In this document: one piece after another, positions 9,449 to 18,186 of the stretch
How the letters are laid out: each line of letters begins with the position of its first letter
Position numbering within the stretch: position 1 is the stretch's first letter
Assembly (NCBI GenBank): GCA_030637655.1
Contig: DAOWGI010000087.1
Location: forward strand, 1 to 26,024
Direction of reading: 5' to 3'
From: a candidate division FCPU426 bacterium
GTDB lineage: Bacteria; Oederibacteriota; JAAXVQ01; JAUVAV01
DNA: 26,024 bases
Program-made: the position numbers and the translations under genes
The notes under the pieces: model-generated
Databases searched by the model: none
What the model was told of the DNA's origin: nothing
Seen by the model: the letters and a program-made list of their open reading frames with translations, nothing else

Positions 9449-9886
9449 ATGAAAATAAATGATTTAGCTCCTGCTCGCGGTGCCCGGCGCAAAAGTACTC
9501 GCGTGGGCCGCGGTTTGGGTTCAGGTTTGGGAAAAACATCAGGCAAAGGTTCCAACGGCCAAAAGGCACGTAGTGGTGGAACCAAAGCTGTGGGGTTTGA
9601 AGGCGGACAAATGCCCATTACCCAAAAAATGCCGAAACGCGGGTTTAATAATATTTTTCGGATTGAATATGAAGTGGTCAATTTGAAAGATTTGGCCCGT
9701 TTTGATTCCAACACCCAAGTGAATCCGGAAGTCCTGGCAGACAAGGGATTGGTCCGGAAGAACAGGAAAATAAAAATATTGGGTGTGGGTGAAGCGCCGA
9801 AACAGTTAAACATCAAAGCGCATAAATTTTCCAAGAGCGCGGCTGAAAAATTGGCAGCTGCCGGTGGAAAAACCGAGGTGCTCTAA
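9449..9886 (+). CDS. rplO: 50S ribosomal protein L15
   Basis: RVGRGLGSGLGKTSG, GFEGGQMP, PKRGF. Confidence 0.99.
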   Translation: MKINDLAPARGARRKSTRVGRGLGSGLGKTSGKGSNGQKARSGGTKAVGFEGGQMPITQKMPKRGFNNIFRIEYEVVNLKDLARFDSNTQVNPEVLADKGLVRKNRKIKILGVGEAPKQLNIKAHKFSKSAAEKLAAAGGKTEVL

Positions 9887-11226
9887 TGATAGGAGCTTTT
9901 CAGAACGCCGTTTCTATTCCGGAATTGAAAAGGCGGATTCTTTTTACCTTGGCACTGATTTTTGTATATCGCATTGGCGCCCATGTTCCGACACCGGGCA
10001 TTAATGCTGCTGCCATGGCCAATCTTATTCAGAGTCAGGCCGGCGGTGTGCTGGGGTTCATGAACTTGTTTTCCGGCGGAGCGTTGAGCCAGTTTTCTGT
10101 GTTCGCGTTGGGCATTATGCCCTACATTTCAACTTCCATTATTATACAGTTGTTGACCGCCGTTGTCCCCTACTTGGAACGTTTGCAGAAAGAAGGGGAA
10201 CAGGGCAGAAAAAAGATTACCCAATATACCCGTTATGGCACTGTGCTGCTTTGCATCGTTCAAGCCTTGGGTATGACCTATATGCTGAACAATGTATCGC
10301 CGGACGGTGGTGAGTCTATTGTCATGAATTGGGGTGTTGGTTTTCAAATTACCACAGTGCTGACGTTGACTTGTGGCACCATATTTATTATGTGGCTGGG
10401 TGAACAGATATCAGAGCGTGGAATTGGTAATGGCATATCCATTATTATTTTTTCCGGTATTATTGCCGGGCTGCCAAGGGAGATGGGTTCTATGTGGGCC
10501 TTGTTCCAGGCCGGCTCGGTTAATTTATTCCAGATGCTTTTTTTCTTAGGTGTGTTGGTGTCGCTCATTGCTTTAACGGTTGTGATTCAACAGTCCTTCC
10601 GCAAAGTGCCGGTACAGTATGCCCAGCGCGTGGTTGGACGTAAAGTGTATCGTGGCCAATCCACCCAGTTGCCCTTGAAAGTGGACTATTCCGGTGTTAT
10701 TGCCGTTATTTTTGCCAGCTCGGTTTTGATTACTCCGACCACCTTGGCGAAATTCTTTGAAAATCCGAATTCACAGGGAATGGGTCAGAATTTTGTACAG
10801 CTGCTGGTGCAGTATATGTCGCCCGGCAGCTGGCTTTATATGATCTTATATGCCTTCTTAATTGTATTTTTCTGTTACTTTTATACTGCCATTACCTTTA
10901 ATCCGACGGATGTGGCTGAGAATATGAAAAAGTACGGCGGATTTATTCCTGGTTTGCGTCCGGGAAAATCTACGGCGGAATACATTGATCAGACGCTTTC
11001 GCGAATCACATTGGGAGGCGCGCTGGCAGTTGTTTTAATCGCTACTGTTCCTGACTTTATGGCCAAGCAGTTCTCGATTGGATGGTATTTTGGCGGTACG
11101 ACCATGCTAATTGTGGTTGGTGTGGCTTTGGATACTATGAAGCAAATTGAGTCGCATCTTTTAATGCGGCATTACGAAGGATTTATGAAACAGGGAAAAC
11201 TTAAAGGACGCTCGTCGTCTTTTTGA
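9886..11226 (+). CDS. secY: Preprotein translocase subunit SecY
   Basis: FALGIMPYI, WLGEQI.ERGIGNG, FIPGLRPG, FGGT..LIVVGV; multiple hydrophobic segments. Confidence 0.99.
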   Translation: MIGAFQNAVSIPELKRRILFTLALIFVYRIGAHVPTPGINAAAMANLIQSQAGGVLGFMNLFSGGALSQFSVFALGIMPYISTSIIIQLLTAVVPYLERLQKEGEQGRKKITQYTRYGTVLLCIVQALGMTYMLNNVSPDGGESIVMNWGVGFQITTVLTLTCGTIFIMWLGEQISERGIGNGISIIIFSGIIAGLPREMGSMWALFQAGSVNLFQMLFFLGVLVSLIALTVVIQQSFRKVPVQYAQRVVGRKVYRGQSTQLPLKVDYSGVIAVIFASSVLITPTTLAKFFENPNSQGMGQNFVQLLVQYMSPGSWLYMILYAFLIVFFCYFYTAITFNPTDVAENMKKYGGFIPGLRPGKSTAEYIDQTLSRITLGGALAVVLIATVPDFMAKQFSIGWYFGGTTMLIVVGVALDTMKQIESHLLMRHYEGFMKQGKLKGRSSSF

Positions 11227-11247
11227 CAGCACGGGATTGCGTTAGAG

Positions 11248-11922
11248 GTGGAAAGCATGAGTGAAGCAAAACGACTTATTTTTTTGGGAGCGCCAGGCGC
11301 AGGTAAAGGCACTTATGCCGGACCTCTAAGCCGGCAGTGGGAAATTCCGACCATTTCAACCGGCGATCTGCTGCGGGCAAATGTGAAACAAGGAAGCAAC
11401 CTGGGAAAAGAAGCTAAGGGATATATGGATAGCGGAGCATTGGTGCCGGACGAATTAGTCACTAAAATGGTGGCTGAGCGGTTTTCTGAAAAAGATGCAG
11501 CGCAAGGCTTTATTTTGGATGGCTATCCGCGCACTATTGCGCAGGCAGAAGCCTTGGACGGTATTTTGGCGGGCAAGAACACACCCTTGACCGGTGTGTT
11601 TAATATCGAAGTGCCCCGTGAAGTGATTATCAAGCGCTTGACCGGACGCCGGGTGTGTCCGCAGTGCAAAGTGAATTATAATGTGAATACGAATATGAAG
11701 CCCAAGCAAGAAGGGATTTGTGATTCCTGCGGCGCGGCTTTGATTCAACGTTCGGATGATAATGAAAAGACGATTTCCAATCGTTTGCAGGTATACGAAG
11801 AGCAAACTGCTCCACTAGCTGATTTTTACCGGCGAGCGGGATTGTTGCGGACCATTACAGCTGTGGGTGAGATTGAAGACATTGTCAATATGATTCGTTC
11901 GGCTGCTGAATGGAATAACTAA
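11248..11922 (+). CDS. adk: Adenylate kinase (Zn-finger LID type)
   Basis: GAPGAGKGT P-loop, GFILDGYPR, CPQC...CDSC; alternative start at ATG 11257. Confidence 0.98.
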   Translation: MESMSEAKRLIFLGAPGAGKGTYAGPLSRQWEIPTISTGDLLRANVKQGSNLGKEAKGYMDSGALVPDELVTKMVAERFSEKDAAQGFILDGYPRTIAQAEALDGILAGKNTPLTGVFNIEVPREVIIKRLTGRRVCPQCKVNYNVNTNMKPKQEGICDSCGAALIQRSDDNEKTISNRLQVYEEQTAPLADFYRRAGLLRTITAVGEIEDIVNMIRSAAEWNN

Positions 11923-11923
11923 G

Positions 11924-12667
11924 GTGATTTATCTTCGCAGTCGATCTGAGATTGGCACACTTCGGCAAGCCGGACGGATTGTAGCTGAGGTTTTAAACAG
12001 CTTGGAGAGTAAAATACGTCCCGGGGTAACAACCCGAACGCTGGATCAATGGGCCGAGAAATTGATTCGGGAGCGAAAAGCGACTCCGTCATTCAAGGGA
12101 TATCAGGGATATCCGGCAACACTTTGTACGTCTGTGAATGACCAAGTTGTGCACGGTATTCCCGATAGCCGGGTTTTGAAATCCGGGGATATCATCAGCG
12201 TGGATGTGGGCGCCAATTTCAATGGCTGGCATGGAGACGCTGCTCGTACATATGCGGTTGGTGAAGTAGCTGTAATTTTTCAGCAGCTGATGAAAGTGAC
12301 GAAGGAAGCGTTGGAAATAGGCATTGCTGAGGCAAAAGTTGGAAAGCATCTTTCCAATATCGGCCACGCCATTCAGCAGCATGTGGAAGCGGCCAATTTT
12401 TCAATAGTGCGTGATTTTGTCGGGCATGGGATCGGGCGGGAAGTTCACGAAGATCCGCAAATCCCGAATTTTGGTAAACCGAACCAGGGTGTGATACTAA
12501 AGGCCGGTATGATTTTAGCGATTGAGCCCATGGTCAACGTTGGGGCTTATCCGGTTCGGGTGTTGGATGACAATTGGACCGCGGTCACGCAAGATCAATC
12601 ACGGTCAGCTCATTTTGAGCATACGATAGCAATTTTGGATTCAGGAGCGGAGGTATTAACTGTATGA
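11924..12667 (+). CDS. map: Methionine aminopeptidase type I
   Basis: [35 protein letters not shown]. Confidence 0.98.
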   Translation: MIYLRSRSEIGTLRQAGRIVAEVLNSLESKIRPGVTTRTLDQWAEKLIRERKATPSFKGYQGYPATLCTSVNDQVVHGIPDSRVLKSGDIISVDVGANFNGWHGDAARTYAVGEVAVIFQQLMKVTKEALEIGIAEAKVGKHLSNIGHAIQQHVEAANFSIVRDFVGHGIGREVHEDPQIPNFGKPNQGVILKAGMILAIEPMVNVGAYPVRVLDDNWTAVTQDQSRSAHFEHTIAILDSGAEVLTV

Positions 12668-12963
12668 GACCACGTCGTGGTGGGAAAAAGTCAGACGCGA
12701 AAAAAAAGCAAGCAAAAAAAATGTTGAACAATGAAATAAAAGCTACCACGAAAGAGGATTCCATACAGCTGGAAGGAAAAGTGCTGGAAGCTTTGCCCAA
12801 TGCCATGTTTCGGGTGGAATTGGATAATGGCCATGTAGTCTTAGCGCATATTTCCGGTAAGATGAGAATGCATTTTATCCGTATTCTCCCCGGGGACCGT
12901 GTGACGGTTGAAATGTCACCCTACGATTTGGGGCGCGGAAGAATTACGTACCGATTTAAGTAA
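12664..12963 (+). CDS. infA: Translation initiation factor IF-1 (probable basic N-terminal extension)
   Basis: [44 protein letters not shown] overlap with map and SD GGAGGT; alternative start at 12721. Confidence 0.97.
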   Translation: MRPRRGGKKSDAKKKQAKKMLNNEIKATTKEDSIQLEGKVLEALPNAMFRVELDNGHVVLAHISGKMRMHFIRILPGDRVTVEMSPYDLGRGRITYRFK

Positions 12964-12987
12964 GCAGAAAGCGAGGATTCACAATTC

Positions 12988-13101
12988 ATGAAGGTTAGAG
13001 CATCTGTAAAACCGATGTGTGAAAAATGCAAGGTCATTAAGCGCAAAGGAATTGTGCGTATTATTTGCACCAATCCTAAACATAAGCAGCGCCAAGGTTA
13101 A
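12988..13101 (+). CDS. rpmJ: 50S ribosomal protein L36 (absent from ORF track)
   Basis: Manual translation [37 protein letters not shown] (37 aa, CxxC..CxxxxH). Confidence 0.99.
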   Translation: MKVRASVKPMCEKCKVIKRKGIVRIICTNPKHKQRQG

Positions 13102-13128
13102 TCTTGGTGAATACTGAAGGAGGAACGT

Positions 13129-13509
13129 ATGGCACGCATCAGCGGCATTGATTTGCCGAAAGATAAAAAAATTGAAGTGGCGCTTACCTATATTTATGGT
13201 ATTGGTCCGGCTTTTGCGAAGCGGATCTTAGCCGAAGCAAATCTTTCAGCAGATATTCGCGTAAAAAACCTTACAGAAGATGAAGCGCATCGGCTGCAAA
13301 CGATGATTAATAAAGGATACAAAGTTGAGGGTGATTTACGGCGCGAGGTAAAGCAAGACATCAAACGCCTGATTGATATTGGAAGTTATCGTGGTTTGCG
13401 GCATCGCCGTGGTTTGCCGGTACGGGGACAACGTACTCAGACCAACGCGCGGACCCGTAAAGGGCCGCGAAAAACCATTGCTGGTAAAAAGCAAGCGGAT
13501 AAAAAATAG
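13129..13509 (+). CDS. rpsM: 30S ribosomal protein S13
   Basis: [35 protein letters not shown]. Confidence 0.99.
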   Translation: MARISGIDLPKDKKIEVALTYIYGIGPAFAKRILAEANLSADIRVKNLTEDEAHRLQTMINKGYKVEGDLRREVKQDIKRLIDIGSYRGLRHRRGLPVRGQRTQTNARTRKGPRKTIAGKKQADKK

Positions 13510-13574
13510 TTTGTCATGACAGATCCGTAAATACAGGAATCTGTTGATGGTAGGTATGACAAGGAGGAAGAGGC

Positions 13575-13967
13575 GTGGCTAAAAAAGGCTCAAGCCGAGT
13601 AAAGAAAAAACTAAAGAAGGTTCCTCGCGAGGGTATGGCACATATTCAGTCGACTTTCAACAACACCATTGTGTCCATAACCGACAAGACCGGCGCGGTG
13701 GTGTCATGGTGTTCTGCCGGGCAGGTTGGTTTTAAAGGCTCCCGGAAAAGCACCCCATTTGCAGCGCAGATGGCTGCCGAGGCCGCCGGTCGTCGTGCTT
13801 TAGAAGCGGGAATGAAGGAAGTCGAAGTGTATGTAAAGGGGCCGGGCGCGGGGCGTGAAGCTGCCATCCGTAGTCTGCAAGCTATTGGACTGGATATTAC
13901 GGTAATCAAAGATGTAACGCCGATTCCGCACAATGGCTGCCGGGCACCCAAACGTCGTCGTGTTTAA
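13575..13967 (+). CDS. rpsK: 30S ribosomal protein S11
   Basis: [32 protein letters not shown]. Confidence 0.99.
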   Translation: MAKKGSSRVKKKLKKVPREGMAHIQSTFNNTIVSITDKTGAVVSWCSAGQVGFKGSRKSTPFAAQMAAEAAGRRALEAGMKEVEVYVKGPGAGREAAIRSLQAIGLDITVIKDVTPIPHNGCRAPKRRRV

Positions 13968-14023
13968 TTCAATTTTGGCAGTAGTATTAACCAGGCTCCA
14001 CTGAATGAAGGAGGAATTTTGCA

Positions 14024-14653
14024 ATGGCCAGATACATTGGCTCTGAATGCAGGCAATGTCGCCGCGAAGGCATGAAACTGTTTCTTAAGGGCAACAAGTG
14101 TTCCACAGACAAGTGTGCTTTCGAACGGCGCAACTACGCACCCGGACAGCATAAAGACACCCGGTCTAAAATTTCGGATTATGGCAAGCAGTTACGGGAA
14201 AAGCAAAAATTACGGCGTATCTACGGTTTGCTCGAGAGACAGTTTCGTCGTTATTACGAAGCAGCCAGCCGAAAAAAAGGCGTTACCGGTGAGATCATGC
14301 TGCAATACCTGGAGCGTCGTTTGGACAACGTAGTGTACCGGATGGGACTGGCTTCCAATCGTTTGGCTTCCCGCCAGTTGATCAACCATGGACATTTAAA
14401 AGTCAATGGTCGCCGGGTGGACATTCCCTCGTTTCTGGTAAAAGCCGGGGACAAGATCGAGGTCAAAGAGAAGAGCAGAAAATTAAAAGTGATTGTACAG
14501 GCAATGGAAAGTGTTGCGCGTCGGGGTGGAGTCGCCGCTTGGATGGAAGTCAATCCGGAAACTTTAAGCGGTGTGTTCAAAAGCGTTCCCAATCGTGAAG
14601 AAGTGGGCTTACCCATTCAAGAACAGTTGATTGTTGAACTGTATTCGAAATAA
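14024..14653 (+). CDS. rpsD: 30S ribosomal protein S4
   Basis: MARY, CRQCRREG, QLREKQK, LERRLDNVVYR, IVELYSK. Confidence 0.99.
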   Translation: MARYIGSECRQCRREGMKLFLKGNKCSTDKCAFERRNYAPGQHKDTRSKISDYGKQLREKQKLRRIYGLLERQFRRYYEAASRKKGVTGEIMLQYLERRLDNVVYRMGLASNRLASRQLINHGHLKVNGRRVDIPSFLVKAGDKIEVKEKSRKLKVIVQAMESVARRGGVAAWMEVNPETLSGVFKSVPNREEVGLPIQEQLIVELYSK

Positions 14654-14677
14654 TTTAACCACCAAAAGGGGTGTGGA

Positions 14678-15676
14678 ATGATGAAATGGAAAAGTTTAGT
14701 TAAGCCGGAAAGGCTTGATTGCGACCGAGAAAGCATTACCGGGAAATATGGGAAATTTGTAGCCGAACCGTTTGAACGGGGATTTGCTTTGACCATCGGA
14801 AATTCATTGCGCAGAATTCTTCTCTCGTCCATTCAAGCTGCGGCTGTAACGACCATCCGTATTAATAATGCGGTACATGAATATTCATCCATTCCCGGGG
14901 TGGTCGAAGACACAACGGATATTGTTTTGAATATGAAGCAGTTGAAAGTTAAATTGCACGAGGACGGACCAAAGATCATACGGTTGAATGTGAGCGGTGA
15001 ACGGGAAGTGACTGCGGCGGATATCCAGACTGATGATTCGGTTGAAATAATCAATCCGGAACTGCATGTCGCCACCTTGGATGATCGTGATGCGACCTTG
15101 GAAATTGAAATTGAGATCAATTCGGGCCGTGGTTATGTTGAAGCATCACGGAACCGTCGTGAGGATCAACCTATTGGAACGATTCCGATTGATTCCATCT
15201 TCACGCCGGTGACCCAGGTAAAAATTGATAGTGAAAACACACGCGTTGGCCAAATGACGGATTATGACAAGCTGCTTATTGAAATAACCACAGATGGCAG
15301 AATGCGCCCGGAAGATGCCTTGGCTCACGCTGCCAAAATTCTTAAGGATCATATGCAGATCTTTATCAATTTTGAGGAAGAGCCGGTGGAAGAAGTGGAA
15401 GAAGTGGATGAAGAGAAAGAGAAAATGAAAGAATTGCTCAACCGCAGTGTGGAGGAAATGGAATTATCTGTTCGCTCCAGCAACTGCTTAAAGACAGCCA
15501 ATATTAAGATGATTGGTGAATTGGTCACGAAAACCGAGAGCGAAATGCTACGCTATCGGAATTTTGGCCGTAAATCACTCAATGAGATTAAAGAAATTCT
15601 GACTGAGATGGGTTTGGGACTGGGGCTGGATACTTCTTATTTGGATTCTGTTGAATTAGCAGCTAAGAAAAACTAA
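14678..15676 (+). CDS. rpoA: RNA polymerase subunit alpha
   Basis: EPFERGF..TIGNSLRRILLSS, ELSVRSSNCL, NFGRKSLNEI. Confidence 0.99.
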   Translation: MMKWKSLVKPERLDCDRESITGKYGKFVAEPFERGFALTIGNSLRRILLSSIQAAAVTTIRINNAVHEYSSIPGVVEDTTDIVLNMKQLKVKLHEDGPKIIRLNVSGEREVTAADIQTDDSVEIINPELHVATLDDRDATLEIEIEINSGRGYVEASRNRREDQPIGTIPIDSIFTPVTQVKIDSENTRVGQMTDYDKLLIEITTDGRMRPEDALAHAAKILKDHMQIFINFEEEPVEEVEEVDEEKEKMKELLNRSVEEMELSVRSSNCLKTANIKMIGELVTKTESEMLRYRNFGRKSLNEIKEILTEMGLGLGLDTSYLDSVELAAKKN

Positions 15677-15736
15677 GATTTAACCGGCTGTAATTGAATT
15701 GCAGTCGGATAACTCTTTTTGGAAAGGTATCAGGTA

Positions 15737-16477
15737 ATGAGACACAGGAAAAGTGGAAGAAGGCTTGGGGTTCCGTCTAATCGACGAAAAGCAATGCTAA
15801 AACAGCTCGTGGAAGCGTTGTTTTTACACGGGAGAATTAAAACCACCTTGGCTCGCGCTAAAGAAACACGCCAGGTCGCTGAGCGCATGGTCACATTGGC
15901 GAAAAAAGGTTCGCTGCATCATCGTCGTCAGGCCATGTCGGTCATCGTTCGCCGTGATGTTGTAAATCGTCTTTTTGATCATATTGTCGAGTGGTACAAG
16001 GAACGCAACGGCGGATACACCAGAATTATTAAAATCGGAAATCGCAAGGGTGATGCCGCACCGGTGGCTTTTCTTGAACTGGTGGATTGGATTCCGGGCG
16101 ATAAATTGACCGGTCAGTTGACCAAACTCGTCAAATCAGAGACTGGTGAAGAAGAAGGCGAAGGCAAGGCTAAGGTAAAAGAGAAAACCAAGAAAGTCAA
16201 AGAAAAACAGAAGAAAGAAAAGAAGGATAAAAAAGAGGCGAAAAAAATCAAAGCCAAAAAAGTAACAAAGTCTCCGGAAAAAGAGAAGAAGATCGCCGAA
16301 CGCAAAGCTGAAAAAGAGAAAACCAAAAAAGAAAGCGCCTCGGAACGAGAGAAAAAAAAGAAAGAAAGACTTGAGAAAAAAACCAAGGCCAAACCTAAAG
16401 CGAAAAAGGCCGCCAAGAAAGTAAAAAAAGTGGTAAAAAAAGCGAAAAAGAAGGTTGTGAAAAAGGTTAAAAAATAA
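15737..16477 (+). CDS. rplQ: 50S ribosomal protein L17 with long Lys-rich C-terminal tail
   Basis: MRHRK, IKTTLARAKE, GGYTRIIK..RKGDAA; start moved to ATG 15737. Confidence 0.97.
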   Translation: MRHRKSGRRLGVPSNRRKAMLKQLVEALFLHGRIKTTLARAKETRQVAERMVTLAKKGSLHHRRQAMSVIVRRDVVNRLFDHIVEWYKERNGGYTRIIKIGNRKGDAAPVAFLELVDWIPGDKLTGQLTKLVKSETGEEEGEGKAKVKEKTKKVKEKQKKEKKDKKEAKKIKAKKVTKSPEKEKKIAERKAEKEKTKKESASEREKKKKERLEKKTKAKPKAKKAAKKVKKVVKKAKKKVVKKVKK

Positions 16478-16497
16478 TGATGTTCCAGACATTTGTC

Positions 16498-16530
16498 AGG
16501 GCAGGCTCTCGCGAGCCTGCCCTTTTTTTT
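16498..16530 (+). terminator. Rho-independent terminator of the ribosomal operon
   Basis: AGGGCAGGCTC-TCGC-GAGCCTGCCCT stem running into a T8 tract. Confidence 0.92.
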
Positions 16531-16549
16531 AATTCCTGGTGGGCTTGGT

Positions 16550-16615
16550 GGGCGGGTTTGCCCCGATCGGATGGGGGATCGTACGGGACTTCCTTCGGTC
16601 GAATCCCGCCCCTAC
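16550..16615 (-). repeat. GTAG REP-like element interrupted by a ~42-nt structured insert
   Basis: Minus strand reads GTAGGGGCGGGATT...AAACCCGCCC; arms separated by 16560-16601. Confidence 0.7.
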
Positions 16616-16631
16616 AGGTTTTATTAATTAA

Positions 16632-16660
16632 TTGTCGATCAATATATTTTCTGTTATATT
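16632..16660 (+). promoter_or_regulatory. Putative sigma-70 promoter of cysS
   Basis: TTGTCG-N17-TATATT with extended -10 TGn, in an AT-rich tract ~40 nt before the start codon. Confidence 0.6.
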
Positions 16661-16699
16661 ATCTCAATCTTTTATTTGGAAAATAGCGAGGAATTGGTT

Positions 16700-18148
16700 A
16701 TGCCATTGAGAATTTACAATACAGCCACGCGAAAAAAAGAAGAATTCAAATCGTTGGAACCGGGCAAAGTGAAAATGTATGTTTGCGGTCCAACGGTGTA
16801 TGATTACTTCCACGTAGGCAATGCCCGGGCATTTATTGTGTTTGATACGTTACGCCGCGTGCTGAAGCGTTGTGGCTGGGAAGTCACCTATGTGCAAAAC
16901 ATTACGGATGTGGATGATAAAATCATCAACAAAGCCAAGCAGGAGAAAACCACGGCAGAGGAAGTTGCCGGGAAATACACAGAGGCGTTTTTGGCTGATC
17001 TGGCCGCCTTAGGTTGCGAACCTGCAGACCAGCATCCTAAAGCTACAGAACATATACCGGAAATTATTGCTTTGGTCGAAAAAATTATTGAAAAGGGACA
17101 TGCTTATGTCGTTGCGGGGGATGTATTCTTCTCAGTACGCAGTTTTCAGGAATACGGTAAACTGTTCGGAAAAAAAATTGATGAGCTGGAAGAAGGGGCG
17201 CGCGTGAATGTGGATGTACGTAAAAAAGATCCTCTGGATTTTGCACTTTGGAAAGCAGCTAAATCCGGTGAATTGGCCTGGGATTCGCCCTGGGGAAAAG
17301 GCCGGCCGGGCTGGCATATTGAGTGCTCTGCCATGTCCATGAAATATTTGGGTGAAAATTTTGATATTCACGGTGGTGGGGCGGATCTGATTTTTCCGCA
17401 TCACGAAAATGAAAATGCCCAGAGCCAGAGTGTTACCGGAAAGCCATTAGCACAATATTGGATGCATAACGGATATTTAGAAATCAAGGGTGAGAAGATG
17501 TCCAAGTCCTTGGGGAATTTTTGGCTTACGCGTGATGTTTTGCAGAAAACGCCTTTTCAGGTGTTGCGTCTGTTTATGCTTTCAGCGCATTATCGCAGCC
17601 CTCTGGATTTCAATCCGAAAAACGTGGAATCCGTACAAAACGGCTATTTTGAATTGAAGCGCACCATGGAGCGTCTGCATGAAATTGTGCGCCACCCCAT
17701 GAAGGATGACTTTCTGGCCGATGATACTGCCGGCGCCTTGGATAAAGAAAGACAATTCACGTATGAACAATTTGAACAGGCTTTAGACGATGATTTGAAT
17801 ACTGCCCAGGCGATCGGCCAGGTATTTCGTTTGGCAAACAAAGTCCGGCAGGTGATTGCCAACCGGCCGAAAAAAACGTATCAATTATATTTAGTTTTTC
17901 AGTCCATTCAATCTTATTTGCTGGACATGACCAACGTGCTGGGTATGTTGCCTGAAATTCAGCCAGTGCCGGATGATCTCCTTAAGATGATTGCTGAAAG
18001 AAATGAAGCGCGTCAGAAAAAAGACTGGGCACTTTCCGATCAATTGCGGGACCAAATCACAGGACAAGGTTATGCACTGGAAGATACGCCTTTTGGGAGT
18101 TTGGCGTTAACAGAGACGAAAACATCATTGCAGGAAATTTTCAGGTAG
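16700..18148 (+). CDS. cysS: Cysteine--tRNA ligase
   Basis: MYVCGPTVYD, HVGN (HIGH), GRPGWHIECSAM, FPHHENE, KMSKS; start moved to ATG 16700. Confidence 0.99.
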   Translation: MPLRIYNTATRKKEEFKSLEPGKVKMYVCGPTVYDYFHVGNARAFIVFDTLRRVLKRCGWEVTYVQNITDVDDKIINKAKQEKTTAEEVAGKYTEAFLADLAALGCEPADQHPKATEHIPEIIALVEKIIEKGHAYVVAGDVFFSVRSFQEYGKLFGKKIDELEEGARVNVDVRKKDPLDFALWKAAKSGELAWDSPWGKGRPGWHIECSAMSMKYLGENFDIHGGGADLIFPHHENENAQSQSVTGKPLAQYWMHNGYLEIKGEKMSKSLGNFWLTRDVLQKTPFQVLRLFMLSAHYRSPLDFNPKNVESVQNGYFELKRTMERLHEIVRHPMKDDFLADDTAGALDKERQFTYEQFEQALDDDLNTAQAIGQVFRLANKVRQVIANRPKKTYQLYLVFQSIQSYLLDMTNVLGMLPEIQPVPDDLLKMIAERNEARQKKDWALSDQLRDQITGQGYALEDTPFGSLALTETKTSLQEIFR

Positions 18149-18168
18149 GGGCGGCCTGCCGGTCGCCC
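18145..18168 (+). repeat. GTAG-family REP-like palindrome overlapping cysS stop
   Basis: GTAG GGGCGGCC TGCC GGTCGCCC; TAG 18146-18148 is the cysS stop. Confidence 0.85.
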
Positions 18169-18186
18169 TTGCAATTCGGGGTAAGC

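Noticed and set aside
16114-16492. Two Phe/Leu-rich minus-strand ORFs that look like membrane proteins
   Set aside because: Mirror images of the AAA/AAG-rich L17 tail.
16495-16530. rplQ terminator as another REP (GTCAGGGCAGG head)
   Set aside because: Head is not GTAG, and the T8 tail fully explains it as an ordinary terminator; REP origin is unprovable here.
16477-16686. 69-aa ORF after rplQ
   Set aside because: Runs through the terminator, interrupted REP and cysS promoter; no recognisable motif.
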